A DNA stretch of 49,946 bases, from contig MQRK01217243.1 in the NCBI GenBank assembly GCA_001938485.1, positions 1 through 49,946 of the forward strand. The letters run 5' to 3'. Below the pieces are notes generated by a model that saw only the letters and a list, made by a program, of their open reading frames with translations, did no database searches and was not told the origin of the DNA. The position numbers and the translations under genes were made by a program. This DNA is from Girardia tigrina. Taxonomy: Eukaryota. Positions 36,032-48,492 of the stretch are shown one piece after another. Position 1 is the stretch's first letter, and the number at the start of each line of letters is the position of its first letter.

Positions 36032-36639
36032 TGGAAACAATCTTTGAATCCTGGTAATATATATTGTAAACATTTAAAGGAATTTCAGAAAATGAATTTT
36101 TTGCAACGTTTTCCAAATTATACAATCGATACTCAATGTTGCTTAAACCTGATTTATTTTCATATTGCAGTAAATTTAGTATATTAATTAGTAATTACCA
36201 ATTTTAGTTTTACTGATGCCTTTAAACTTAATTAGTCTGAATCAATGGGGTTAATCATTGGTCTGTGTAATACCCTTTATACCTAAGCGTATAGTATGGT
36301 CCATACTGTATGGATGTAAATATTTTTTTTGCTTTTCTCTATATGTAATACAGCGAATTATGATTTTTATTTTTATATTTACCTTTTTTTATTTATGGTT
36401 TTTATCAATCTATATTGTATTTTTATTTTGTATTTTTTTATATTTTTTTGTTTATGTGATAAGAAGAAAATATCAAGACTGTCAAGAAAGAAAATTCAAA
36501 AAGTGAAATAGTCATCGAATAAAAGTGGATTATGTTTTCCCCAATTTTTTTCCCTAACTTAAATTATAATTTATGATTATTAAATTGCCATAGGCAATTT
36601 TAAATTAAAAAAATAAATGATAAATTATAAATCAATAAA

Positions 36640-38316
36640 AAATTTTATTACCTGCTAATCCATCAAATAATTATTAATTCCGCGTCAGAAATTTAATTTA
36701 CCGCATTATCATCAAACCATCAGGTTATCAAGTCTATATCAGCATTACCTTTGTGTATGAGCAACGCTTACTACATCCACTGTATCGTTAAAATAATTTT
36801 TGGTTATTCCAACATCATTTTAATCATAATCAGTGATTTCTGAACGATTATATCAGAAATCCTATCTTATAACAAAGTTTATTTGGTTGAAAGTTTTCCG
36901 CCTCTATAAAGTGGAAGTAAAGAGTGATACTCAATTAATACCAATTCTCTAATAACTTTGACTTTCCGTATAAAAAATAACGTTAATTCGTTCAACTTGA
37001 TATTTATTTTCACAGTTGAGTTTTATTAACTTTTTTGTTACTAGAAGTTAATATTAAAATACAATTTATTATTATTGTAGTGATCTTCTCAATCAACCAA
37101 AAAAATCCGATTCGAAAAATCCGATTAGAAATAAAAAGGCCCGGATAAATCAAAAATAATAAAAACAATAACCTTATGAAAATTATTATGTTGGTGTTTA
37201 ATCGTATTAATTAAAATATAAAATATATTGCACAACATGGTCTCTTGTTCCATTTGATTCAATACTAAACACTCTATGCTATTTTTAAACAACATTCTCA
37301 TCGCGGGCGTGAGTTTACCGCACGGTCCGTCTCACCAGACGTCTCTCCGCTTCTCGGAAGCGAAAAACGGACGTCTCCGTAGGATGCCTATCGGTGGGCT
37401 GAAAAAGTTTCTTAATATTTAAAATGTTTTGAATCTCATAACATTTTTTAGGTAACCTATTCTGAAGTCACTGTATATTCAATCTCAGGAAACATTTTTG
37501 CAGGGTCTGAAATATAATTAACATCTTGAATTTCATTTAAAGAAAAAATTTTATTACTATTATCTATTTCACAATAATTATTTACAAAAATATCATTTTT
37601 ACAATCATTATATACAATCGGTTCAAGAATATCCTTACTCCTATTTAATGAATGGCTCAAACTTAACTCTCAGACTGTTGAAGCCCACCCTTTTCGTTGC
37701 TCCAACAGCAATTCGTCCTCGCTCGTTTCATCGCTCATCTATATCAGATCCTGGTAAATAGCCGCAACATTTCGGATTCCTTTATCGTCTCTTGAAGCAC
37801 TGATATCGAAGGTGCCTCCTTTTTTTACAAAAGGAACACAACAAGTTCAGACAATCGTTTTTCACGTGGTTGTGTTGGGGAATGTAAATAAAATTATTTT
37901 ATTAATCATTACTTTATTTAATTGTTTTGGTGAAAAATGTAAATAAATTTATTTATCTTGATATTAATTATTGTTGTTTATTTTATTTTTTGGTGTTATT
38001 TTATCCGTCGCATTAAATAATACGAGGATATTATTTACAATTTTATTTATTATTTATAATTTTATTTAAAATAAATTTAAAATTATATATATTATTTATA
38101 ATTAAATTTAAAAATTATTTTTTATGCGTGAGATTTTTTGTTACGCACTATGCGTTTCTGTCATGCATAGTGCGTCCCTACTTGCGGTGGCCGCGTTTAC
38201 CATTCATTCTTTCATATGAGCCACGCGTTTTTACCTTTTTATTTTTTTTTCTCACGCACGCGTTTCTCATCTCCGTCTGCAAATCGGCCACGCATAGAAT
38301 TTCATATATAATAAGA
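36640..38316 (-). mobile_element. Possible old Helitron remnant
   Basis: The minus strand starts TCTTATTATATATG at 38316 (Helitron-like 5' TC end), followed by a CpG/CGCG-rich leader and a decayed R/E-rich frame (FRFREAERRLVRR). No 3' hairpin-CTRR end was found, so the left boundary is uncertain. Confidence 0.35.
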
Positions 38317-39049
38317 ACAGTGTAGCAACACAATTGATGATTTTAATTTTCTTCATAGGTAAGATACTTGTTGAAAAATTAGTGATGATTTTAATTTTCT
38401 TCATAGATTCGTTCGACGGAAGGCATTATTATATTGATTAGAATACTACGACATTTCCAGTGACGTTTCGTATATTGCAGCAATCCTTGTTTTATTTATT
38501 GAATTTGGCAAAGCCTCTTGTAACGCCGAACATTTCGAGAGATTGGTTTCTGCAAAAATATATATCTGATATTGTACCGTTACAATCCGACAAACCGAAT
38601 TCTTTTCTGGTGATTATTTGATTTTATTTTCTCTTTGAAAAATAATTAAAGTTTCTTAAATTAAATTAATTAAAATTTATAACGCTTAATCCATACTATA
38701 ATAAAATAATAATCACTATTTATCAAACTGATAGACGCTTCGAAACGGTGATTTCAAAGCGATCTAAGTATACTTCACACATAGGATATTTGTATTATTT
38801 GTTTCTTTTGAAATAAGCTGTAAAATATTGTTTATATTATCAATAAATCTTATATAAAATACTTCGTTGTTTTGCATTATTGATATATAATAACAATTGT
38901 AAATTATTATTAATCAATTGGTTAAGTTTTAATTAAAAGAGAGTAATTTCAGAGGATATCACTTAAACAATTCTGTAAGAGGTTTAATAAATAAATAGAA
39001 GATTGTTCATCTTCTTTTGTTAAGCACAATAGTCAAGTAAAGGAAGTAC

Positions 39050-39290
39050 TTCTGCTTTACCAGTGTCTTAACAGTTGTCTTCTCTACACTCATAGCATAT
39101 TAATTTTCTTACTTTTGGATAGTTTCGTTTAATATGTCCTCTATTTTGGCACTGATAGTATACGATGTCTCGCCGTTCAAAACTCGATCACTGGATTTGA
39201 TGTTGATTGTGTTTTTTACTTGTTGGTACGTCCGGTATCTCGGTTGATTCTTCGTTATAACAGACCTTGGTTAATATGGGCTGTTGTTTT
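39050..39290 (-). mobile_element. Retrotransposon gag zinc-knuckle remnant
   Basis: The minus strand reads RRDIVYYQCQNRGHIKRNYPKVRKLICYECREDN, i.e. two decayed CX2CX4HX4C knuckles. Confidence 0.6.
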
Positions 39291-39789
39291 ACATATTTTA
39301 TGTTTTGAGGAAGAAATTGTTTATGTACAGCAAAACTTAAACATAATTAAGATCCTATGAAGATTGATTAAAAAAATAATTTTCGCGGGAGGATTTTCTT
39401 AAATTTGCAAAATATTAATTATTTTGGATAGTTCACATTTTAAGCATAAGAATTTTAAATTATTCTTATTAATATGCTGTTAAAAATCTTAGGGCTAATA
39501 AAGATCGTAATTCAATTTTTTTCGGGTGGATTTATCCCCCTTTGCGTACGCGCCTGGTTTACTGTCCCATGATAACCGTACCAACGATGTTATACTGTAT
39601 TTGATAATCATTACAAAATTTAAATGTAAAACAAAAATAATAATATCAATAATTAGATATAATATTTTAAACCGAAAAATTTAAATAATTTCATGTTACA
39701 AAATAACAAATTTTAAAAATCAAATTAAGGTAATTTAATAAGGGATTTGTTTTAATAATATAGTAAACTTTTCAAATTGAAATTTGATA

Positions 39790-42700
39790 ATGAATCAAAA
39801 GTCGAATTTTCTTTCATATGAAGGATTGCATTTATCAGTTGCAATCGAAACACCGCATTATTTAACGGAATATGTCGTAAGTACACGTCGAAATAATGAT
39901 CAATGACACAAATCTATTTGAACATTGTCACAGGAATATCCTGTCAAAATAACGATCAGTGCACACGAATCTCTTCCTGGAGAATCGTATGTCGTCGTTA
40001 AACGATATTCCGATTTCGATTCATTGAAAAAATCGCTAAAATTAGTTCAATTTTCGACGAATTTACCGCCGAAAAAAGTGTTTGGAAAATTCGATATGAA
40101 TCTTGTGAATGAGCGCCAGATTCTCTTGGAGAAATATTTGAAATCGATTTTGAGTACTCCGATCGTTGGGAAATCGGTTTCCGTGACGAATTTCTTTCAG
40201 AAATCCGCCGATTTCATTGTCGATTATTCGAGTAAATTTATCGATTGATTAATTATAATATGATCGAAAATAATTTTTGATGTTTTTTGCTGTCGAGTGT
40301 GTTGAGAAAACGAGTGTACTTGGTTATGGATCCGCTTCGGTTTGAGAGTATCTTGCACGATCGTATTTGTACATAATCTTCATTTAACTTGCTTATGCGT
40401 GTCGATTGTTTCGGATTTATTAGAAATTTGTTTCTGCAATATTGTTTAAAAATTTCCAATTAAATGTTTTAATTGAATTCTAGAACAATTCTTTTTATTG
40501 ATTATTTTCGGTCAATATTTGATTATTTATAAATACTCAATAATTATCCTAATTTATTTCTAAAAACATTTTTTGTCATTTATTACAGTCGCTTGCAGTT
40601 ATTAATCATGCAAATATTTTTTTATTTATTCTTATTTTTACATAGAAAATTAACTGAAAATAATTTAAAAATCAGAAAATTTAAAAAAATTATTCAATAT
40701 TTGCTAAGTTATTTAATAGAATGCTAAGTAATTAATTTTTTAAAATTTTTTAATTATTTTTTAGCATTTAAAAAAAATTTTAAAAAATTATAAAAAAACT
40801 TTTAAAAAATTGTTTATATAATTGATATGAGAATCCCATATTGCGCGAATAAGACGAAAGCTGTTGCTGCCATAAATTTAGAACAGGGGCTAGCCTATCA
40901 CTATAAAAACCAGACTGCAGACGGGAAGAAAGTTTATTATAGGTGTAAAAATGCGCAATTTAGAGGCCACAGTGCGATGCTGGTGCCTATCTCTGGTACA
41001 AAAATACCTCTGAAGAAGTTGTTTTATTCCGCTCCGGAAATCCGCATTCCTGCACAGGAATTGATAGAGGGCTTACAAAGGAAGCCAAACTTGTTGTTAG
41101 AGGGCTTTTTGACCTCAATGTAAAGGCAAAACAAATTCTTGAAAATTTATAAGAAAAAAACAATCCTGTCAGATGTAAATCTCAAGTTCAGACATACTTG
41201 AATGCATTGAAATCAGAAAAGTATGGACAATCGACCTTTAGCCTTGGAAAGCTTGAAGAATGGTGTCTGAACCATTTTCGTAAAGAAGATGATGATGAAG
41301 ATTCTGCAGTTGTTATCGGCTATCAAGTTGTTATTCATGATGATTTTCATGAATTGAATTGTGATCTTAATGAGAATTGCTTTCAGGTTGTGATTTCTAC
41401 TTCGCGTCTCATTCGAAATATGTATTTGTCAGATAAGTTACATGCCGATGCAACTTATAAGCTTGTTTATGAGGGTATGCCCGTGCTTGTTATAGGAGTA
41501 ACGGACATGAATTTACAATTTCATCCTTGCTGTATTACTTTATGTTCAAATGAAAAACAAAGAGATTTTGACTTTGTTTCTAAAACTATACGTCGAGAGG
41601 CAGAATTGTTAAACTGCACTCTTAGAATAAATTGTTCAATTTCAGATGCATCAAATGCCATTCGAAATGCATTCTTGGATGTATTTGGAGTGGATAAGCT
41701 ACTGGTGATGTGTTGGGCTCACGTGCGAAGAAATACAGTGAAGCATGTGCATCTTTTGACAAATAAGAGACTTTAGACAGTCGAAATGGAAGATATTGAT
41801 ATGCTTCAGCTTTCTTCAAATTCAGAAATGTTTTATAAAGCAATGGAATGCTTTATCATAAAATGGAGAAATGAGCAAGGCTTCATCGATTTTATGTTTA
41901 GTTCTGGATGGTTCTCTAGTCATTCAAATTGGTATGAAAGTGTAAAGAAAAGAACACCTTCTACAGATAATGCACTAGAATCATTTATTAATGTCATTAA
42001 AAACGAAGATACGTTCAGAGAAAGGTATCCACTAGGAAGATTTATGGAACTTTCATTAACTTCAATCAAAAGATGATCTAATCTGTATAAGAATAAAGAT
42101 AAAATCTTTTTTGAAAAAACAGAACCATCTTTAGAACAATGGACGATATCATATCAGTGGACCAGAATGAAAAAGATATTAGCATTAGAGAAACAGAATT
42201 CGAATTTATATATTCTGTTCCTGCAGCTTATAAGCAAAGTGTTACTGATGATGAAATTAAAATTGTCGAGGAGATGAGATGGTCAACTTTTGATGACTTT
42301 AAAGTAAAGGCTTTTACTGTTTGTAATTCGTCCACTAACCAATGAAAATTGGCATGCTGGTTCATGCACTTGTCCATACTTTCTGAAATGTTTTGTCTGT
42401 AAGCATCTTTTAGGACTTGCTATACGCTTGAAGCTCTAATCTGCACCTCCCGCAGCAAAAAACATGCCCATTAGGGAAAAAAGAAGGCGTGGAAGGCCAA
42501 AGAAAACTTCCAGAGCACTGCTCATTGATTGAAATAAATCGGTTTTAATAAAGAATTATATTTTCATTGTGTTTTGAATTTTTGTGACTTTATGAATAGA
42601 ACCTGAGCTTTTATCATTTCGGCTTTGGGAATTCAAATTATTTGTTTATCCAATTCTTTTTCATCTGACTCTCGAAAAAAAGTTCGTTTTTTAAACATTT

Positions 42701-45700
42701 ATTTATTCATTTACATTTTATACATGAAATTATTTAAATTATACTTTATATTTATAATTATCAATTTTTTTTGAAAATTTTTGAAATGATTTTTTTTTAT
42801 TTTGAACTGTTTTTTTTAAATTTGAAATAAAAATTCAATTTTCAAAATATTTTTTTATTTTCATTAATTTTTTAATAAAATTTAATGTATTTTTTACTTT
42901 TGTGATTATTAAAAGAAAATTTATTACGAAAAAAATGTTTTTCTTGTTATCTGGAATTGATTAATTGAAATACTTTGATTAAAAATTTGATTAAATGCTT
43001 TGATTAATTGAAAAAAATATGAAAAAAATTAAGAAATTTTATATTATTAAATTGACATTTTATTAACAAATGGTCCTATTATTATAAGTGTATGTGTGTT
43101 AAGGGGTAGAAAATATTATTTTATATATTTTCTATTCTCAAAAGGACATTTTAATAGGTATGTATTTTATATAAACATTTTTATTGGTTTAATTTTCTTT
43201 TTCTTTCATTTTTAGACCTGGTTTTATAATTAAATGGACCTGACAGTAATTATACATTGATTCCTTGGTTTTTTTTGGATAAAAATCTTCATTTTGGACA
43301 ATGTTGAATGTGGATTGTCCTCAATGAATTCTATTAAGAATTCATCGACTTCTCTGATTATTGGCTTCTTGTAACCTCCCCGTTTTCCAAATAATATTAT
43401 ACCGTACTTTCGATATTTATAGATTATTGTTTTGACCGCCTGTTAGGATTTTTAGCCAATTTGAAATTTTTGAATATTTAATTTTTAACACCTAAAATAT
43501 ATAAACTTCAGTATATATTAAAATGCAGTATACAAAATTTAAATCTAAGTTAAAAAAATGTTTTTTAATTAAATTTCAATAAATAATTAAATTTAAGTTT
43601 TTTTAACAAATTCAAAATTTAATTATTAAAGTTTAAAATCAATAACAAATTTTTTTCAAAGAATTATGTTACAAATAAATTAAAATGGATGAGTAAATTA
43701 AATTACAAATAATGGAATTGTAAAATATTAAACAAACTAAAATTTCGTAAATACATTGAAAAAGTATTAATAAAAATTTTTATAATTTAAGATAAAATTT
43801 TAAAAAACACAACTTTCCAATTTTATATATAAACTTAAAATTCCGAACAAATAATTATTCACAAATTAAAATCGGCATATGTTTATATTTATATTTAAAA
43901 TCTTGATATCTGGTTTATATAAATTTAAAAAATATTGTTCTTCATAAATTTGTTTAAAAAATGTTATTTTGTTGTATAAATAAAAAGTTGTATCATGAAT
44001 TCGGATTTTAATCTCGAACCCAATACCTATTAACTAAATTTTTCATAAAAAAACGAAAATGAAATTTCTTTTCTTGAAAATTTATTACTTTTTCAATTAA
44101 TTAATTTTAAAAATTTAAAACAAAATTGATATTTATTTTTGAAAAAATAGTGCTTTTTGAAATAAATTAATAAATATTTTAAAAATTAATAAAATAAATT
44201 GTTAGAAACAAATTTTCGTAAAAAAAGAAATTAAAAAATACAGAAGATAGTGTACAAATATGATTGTCCAAGACGCTGTGATAGTTAAATTGTTTACATT
44301 GATTTATAGATTTAATCCAGAGGATAATTATTAAATATTTATAAATAATCAAATATTAACTGAAATAAAAAGAATAAAATTCGTTTAAAATAATTAATTA
44401 AAATTTTTAAAAACTATTAAAATAATGCCAAAAACAAATTTTTGATAAATCCGCAACAATAGAGATACTTAAGCAACTTAAGTGATGATAATGTACAAAT
44501 ACAATAGTGTAAGAAATATTTCAAACCGAAGGGGATCTATTGCCAAGTATACCCTAAAATTTAAACACAAAACATAAACAAATACATAAAGATTATAAAA
44601 TAAAAAAATACAAGAGAAAGGAATTTTTAAAAAGCTAAAAAAACTGTAAAATAATTAAAATAAACAAAAATCGTAAGTAAAAAGAAGTTTAAATTAATTA
44701 ACTACTTAACGTACGTGACACAACGTCAAGTCCGCATTCATTCTTTTGCTTGTAAGACTTTTGCGATGAATCATACAGTGCGTAAATGTAGCAGTTGGCA
44801 CATTGGAACGCACACGTTCCCACAAGCCTGTTCGTTTTCCAGTCATTGCTGCAGCACCATCCGTGCATACTCCGATACACCAGGACCATTTGCTGCCATA
44901 AAATTATCAAGGATATAAAAAAGTTGTGCACTTGTTGTGTGAATCGGACAAGTTTTACAAAACAAAAAGTCTTCTTCAACTTCATCCATCCATATATCTG
45001 ACATAAGCCATTAATTGTGCCTGGTTAGAAACATCCGTCGATTCGTCCAATTGAATGGCAAATTGTTTACAATCTAGCAGCCTTGAAATCAACTGTTCTT
45101 CAACGTCAGCTGCCGCCAAAGTTATACGGTGTTGAATTGTGTCGTTTGAAATTGGAATTTTTTTAGTTTACTAGCCATAGCTTCCCCAAACATCTCTCGG
45201 TACATATCTATAGCAGCAGGCATTATCAGAGTTTCTTCTATTGTGTGAGGCTGTTTTCCTGTGCAACTCGAATTGCCACTAAAATGATGCTCTTAAAGCC
45301 TTCTCATTGACTTTAGTTGCTTGTACAATGCAAGACTTCTGACTATCAAGTGAACTTTTTTGCGCAGAAAATATTCCAATGGTTTTTCCGAGCAGTCAGG
45401 ATGATTAGTTTTAAGATGTCTTCGGAGTTTCACCGGTTTCATCGCTTCATTTGCAAGAATTTGTGAACATATAACACACTGCGGTCTGAGTTGATCATTT
45501 ACTATGACGCATATAAACCCAAAGCGCAAATACTTTTCATCATACCGTCGTATGGTAATTCGTCTTTTTTTCTTCGGAATTGCATTTGATTCACACTCAG
45601 GCTGTGAAGATGAGTATGAGTAATCATCATTAATGTTCTCATTTTCGGTTGTTTTCTTTGTTAGAAATTTATCCATATTTCCAATCAATTAAATTATTTT

Positions 45701-46837
45701 ATTACTTTATTAATTGTATTTTAACAACCCACTAATTTTTGTATTTTTAATGTCAATATAAACAGGAAGACGCCACTGAATTCCGGTGTAACTAAAATTA
45801 AACAAAAAAACGAAACACACATTTTCGCTATCGCCATCTAGTAATTCAAATGAATCAATAATTTTAAAAGTGACAACATCTATTCTTTTTCATTATTTTA
45901 TTAAAAAAAAACTTGCATTTCACCTTTGCTCGCGGACTACTAGGCACATGTCAGCGGACCACTAGTGGTCAGAGGACCTCAGGTTGAGAACCACTGAGTT
46001 AGCATATTAATATTACAAAGACTTAGTAAATTAAAAAACTAAATTTAAAATTAAATTTACAGCATTTATTTTTAATAAAAAAATCCAGACCTTAAGTCCC
46101 CCACTCCGTACTATAAGGGTTAAAATCAACGCTTGGTCTTTTCCTTTAGGAATAATCAAGGCCAGGGTCTTTTTTTCCATATGTACAAACAGAAAGAATT
46201 GCATAGAAGAAAATTCAGTTGATCGCATCAAGATTTCCTTTCATATCAACAGTCTGGAATCTATTGCCTTCAAAATAGACAGCAGTTTCGTCCATTCGGA
46301 TTGTTTTTGTTACGTTTATTGATGGCAATAATTTTTGAAGAAACACAACAAACGAAACAGCTCTATCAACCAAGGCATTATCAGACAAAGTTGTAAGATT
46401 GGTTCTTCTTTTTAAGGAAAAATTGTGTCTCTTCATAAGTATGATTGATTTGTTCTGATGATTCAGACGATTTCTAGTTTTAATTAATAAAATTTATATT
46501 TTTAAAAGAAATTATAATTTAATCTTTATTGACGATCACTTCTTTTCATTTAGAAAATTTCGTTGCGTTTTTTTCTTTAAATCATTAATTTTATATTATA
46601 TTGATATTTGTAAAGGTTTTTTTGTTTTTTTAAACAGGATTAACGTTCCAGCAAGTGTCATTGGATTTTCGCTGTGAAACCAATTGGCAAGTGATTAAAG
46701 CGTTGCCAGAGATGGGTTAAAATTGATTGATATTCAATGTCATCTAGTTAAATATTTACCATTTAGGTTGTCGAATAAAAAAAGGATATGTGTTTGTAAA
46801 CAAAATAAGTGATAATAGGAAGCATTTACTTTCATGG
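39790..46837 (+). CDS. PXK: PX domain-containing kinase-like protein (PXK/MONaKA orthologue), exons 1-4; continues downstream
   Basis: Exons 39790-39876, 39934-40231, 46638-46715 and 46767-46837 give ..LSVAIE..EYPVKI..VVKRYSDFDSL..LPPKKVFG..ERQILLEKYL..DYS|RLTFQQVSLDFRCETNWQVIKALPEMG|CRIKKGY..HLLSW. This is colinear with human PXK (RRYSDFDLL, LPPKKLIG, ALQQVSMFFRSEPKWEVVEPLKDIGWRIRKKY..LVLSW). Confidence 0.9.
39934..40231 (+). CDS. PXK: PXK exon 2: PX domain core
   Basis: KRYSDF, LPPKK and ERQ..LE.YL PX motifs; CAG acceptor at 39931-39933, donor GTAAAT at 40232. Confidence 0.92.
40827..42531 (+). mobile_element. Near full-length degenerate MULE/Mutator transposase with SWIM finger
   Basis: LHADATYKL (D1), ISDASNAIRNAF (D2), MCWAHV, PSTDNALESF (E), SWIM CTCPYFLKCFVCKHLLGLAIRLK and C-terminal RRGRPKK. 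A few frameshifts and stops. Confidence 0.9.
43260..43470 (-). mobile_element. Tc1/IS630-like transposase N-terminal fragment
   Basis: The minus strand reads AVKTIIYKYRKYG...GKRGGYKKPIIREVDEFLIEFIEDNPHSTLSKMK (paired HTH region). Confidence 0.6.
44698..45996 (-). mobile_element. hAT transposon (Buster/Charlie, ZBED5/SCAND3-like), 3'-truncated
   Basis: The TIR CAGTGGTTCTCAACCT starts at 45996. RRYDEKYLRFGF...PQCVICSQILANEAMKPVKLRRHLKTNHP, FAIQLDESTDVSNQAQLMAYVRY and CTDGAAAMTG are present, with frameshifts. Confidence 0.93.
46140..46440 (-). mobile_element. pogo-family transposase fragment
   Basis: MKRHNFSLKRRT (CENP-B HTH end) ... IRMDETAVYFE (first catalytic D). Confidence 0.75.
46638..46837 (+). 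CDS. PXK: PXK exons 3-4 (not in the ORF track)
   Basis: QQVSLDFRCETNWQVIKALPEMG and CRIKKGYVFV..HLLSW, separated by a 51-nt GT-AG intron (46716-46766). Confidence 0.88.
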
Positions 46838-48448
46838 GTAATACAATTTTACATTATATTTTTATTCTACCTCTTATTATTGGGTTTTAATAATATTTAC
46901 TAATTTTTTTCTAGTGATTTTTTTTAAAAAATTAAATGAAATAAAATTAATAAGACTATTTCATTAAAAAGCTACAATCTCAACAGTTGATTTAGTGTAA
47001 TTGAGGATTGTCTTATTAATGTATTATTATTGTTTAAAAATGAGAGTGGTTTTTTAAAATATCTGACCACAACTTTGGTATTTCCGAGCAATTAATTAAT
47101 TAAAAAATGGTTCAGAGTTCCATGATGGAGTTTTTTGTTTAGTCTGTGACGAACGCTCTAGTCGAAGTAGTGAGATTGCTACTAACCAAATACCAACATT
47201 ACTTGAAAATAATCAACATTACGCGATATAATGTTTTGGATTTCCATAATTTATTTTATTTCACATTGTGATTTTGCTTCGGGAAATAAAAAAAAATGAA
47301 TCGTGTTTAATAATCTAGAATAAAAAATATACGAATATTTAAAGTTACCTCCATAAATCCATCACAAGACTTTTTGCCACCCCAAAAATATCATGATTTG
47401 AATTTTAAATTATGAATTGCTTATATAACAAAATTATTACTTCTGAGAAATGTTTTTCTCAGATAAATCAACTGAAAGCAAATATTGAAAACAGTTAGCA
47501 GAAGCACGTAACAAACTCGATAAAAAATTTATGAAGTTTAATCGGGAAGTTAATCATATTAAGTAAATAGATTTTTGGGTCTTTTTAAAAGATTTCGAAA
47601 AAGCGTAAAGAATGTCTTCCAGTTTCCAATTTGTATGAATACTTTCTTCATAAAGAACTCAGTGATGTAGAATTTGTGGATGGTGAAAATGAGGAAATAA
47701 TAAAAAAAGTTGAAGAAAAATGTAAAGAAAAGCATGCGAAACTTATTGAGATTTTTATGGATGCTGAGAACTTTTGTATTGAAGATGAAAACATTTAATA
47801 AATGTATTTAATACGTAATCTTTTTACTATGTGCATTTTGTTAAAATACTTTTAAATCTTACCAATTTACTAGTTGATAACAAAAATAGCATAAAATTAT
47901 AATTTTTATACTTTACACTGTATTTATTCTGAATTATATTTTAACCATTGTCATTTAATCTTTAATCATTTAATCGTTTTAACATTGGTTTTTATCATGT
48001 GGGGTTTAAGAACACTTGGGTTCATAGGAGTATATTCCCAATAATCATGCGGAAACGCAGACGTTTCGTCACGTCATCACGAATTTCTGCAAATTTTTTC
48101 TCTATTTTATTCCAGTAAGATTTAGCTTAATCTAGCCACATTCGATTACCTTCATTTGCCTGTTTACTATGTCCGATCGTACTCGAACTCCTCCAACTCG
48201 CTCGTCTTGATTCGTTTTCATTCTTATAAAAAATTTCGTCGATTAAATATTTTACAGAATTGTACAGCTTGCCCTTCAAGTTTTGCACAATAAACATTAT
48301 ATTCTCTATCAGCCGTTTGTTTATTGCATCACAAATAACAAAACCACAGAAAATCTCTCAGAATCTTTTATTCTAAAATTTTTTTGCACAATTAAAACTA
48401 AATCATCTATTCAAACAACGAACATTACAATTTCTACTAAAATTTAAT

Positions 48449-48452
<4 letters not shown>

Positions 48453-48488
<36 letters not shown>
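48453..48488. repeat. (TA)n microsatellite
   Basis: Uninterrupted TA run of about 18 units. Confidence 0.95.

Positions 48489-48492
<4 letters not shown>

Noticed and set aside
36258-36511. Hydrophobic F/I/Y-rich ORFs
   Set aside because: Translation of T-rich low-complexity DNA, not a credible membrane protein.
48050-48090. Hammerhead-like GTGATGA..GAAACGTC on the minus strand
   Set aside because: The core C is missing, helix II is inadequate and there is no helix I pairing.
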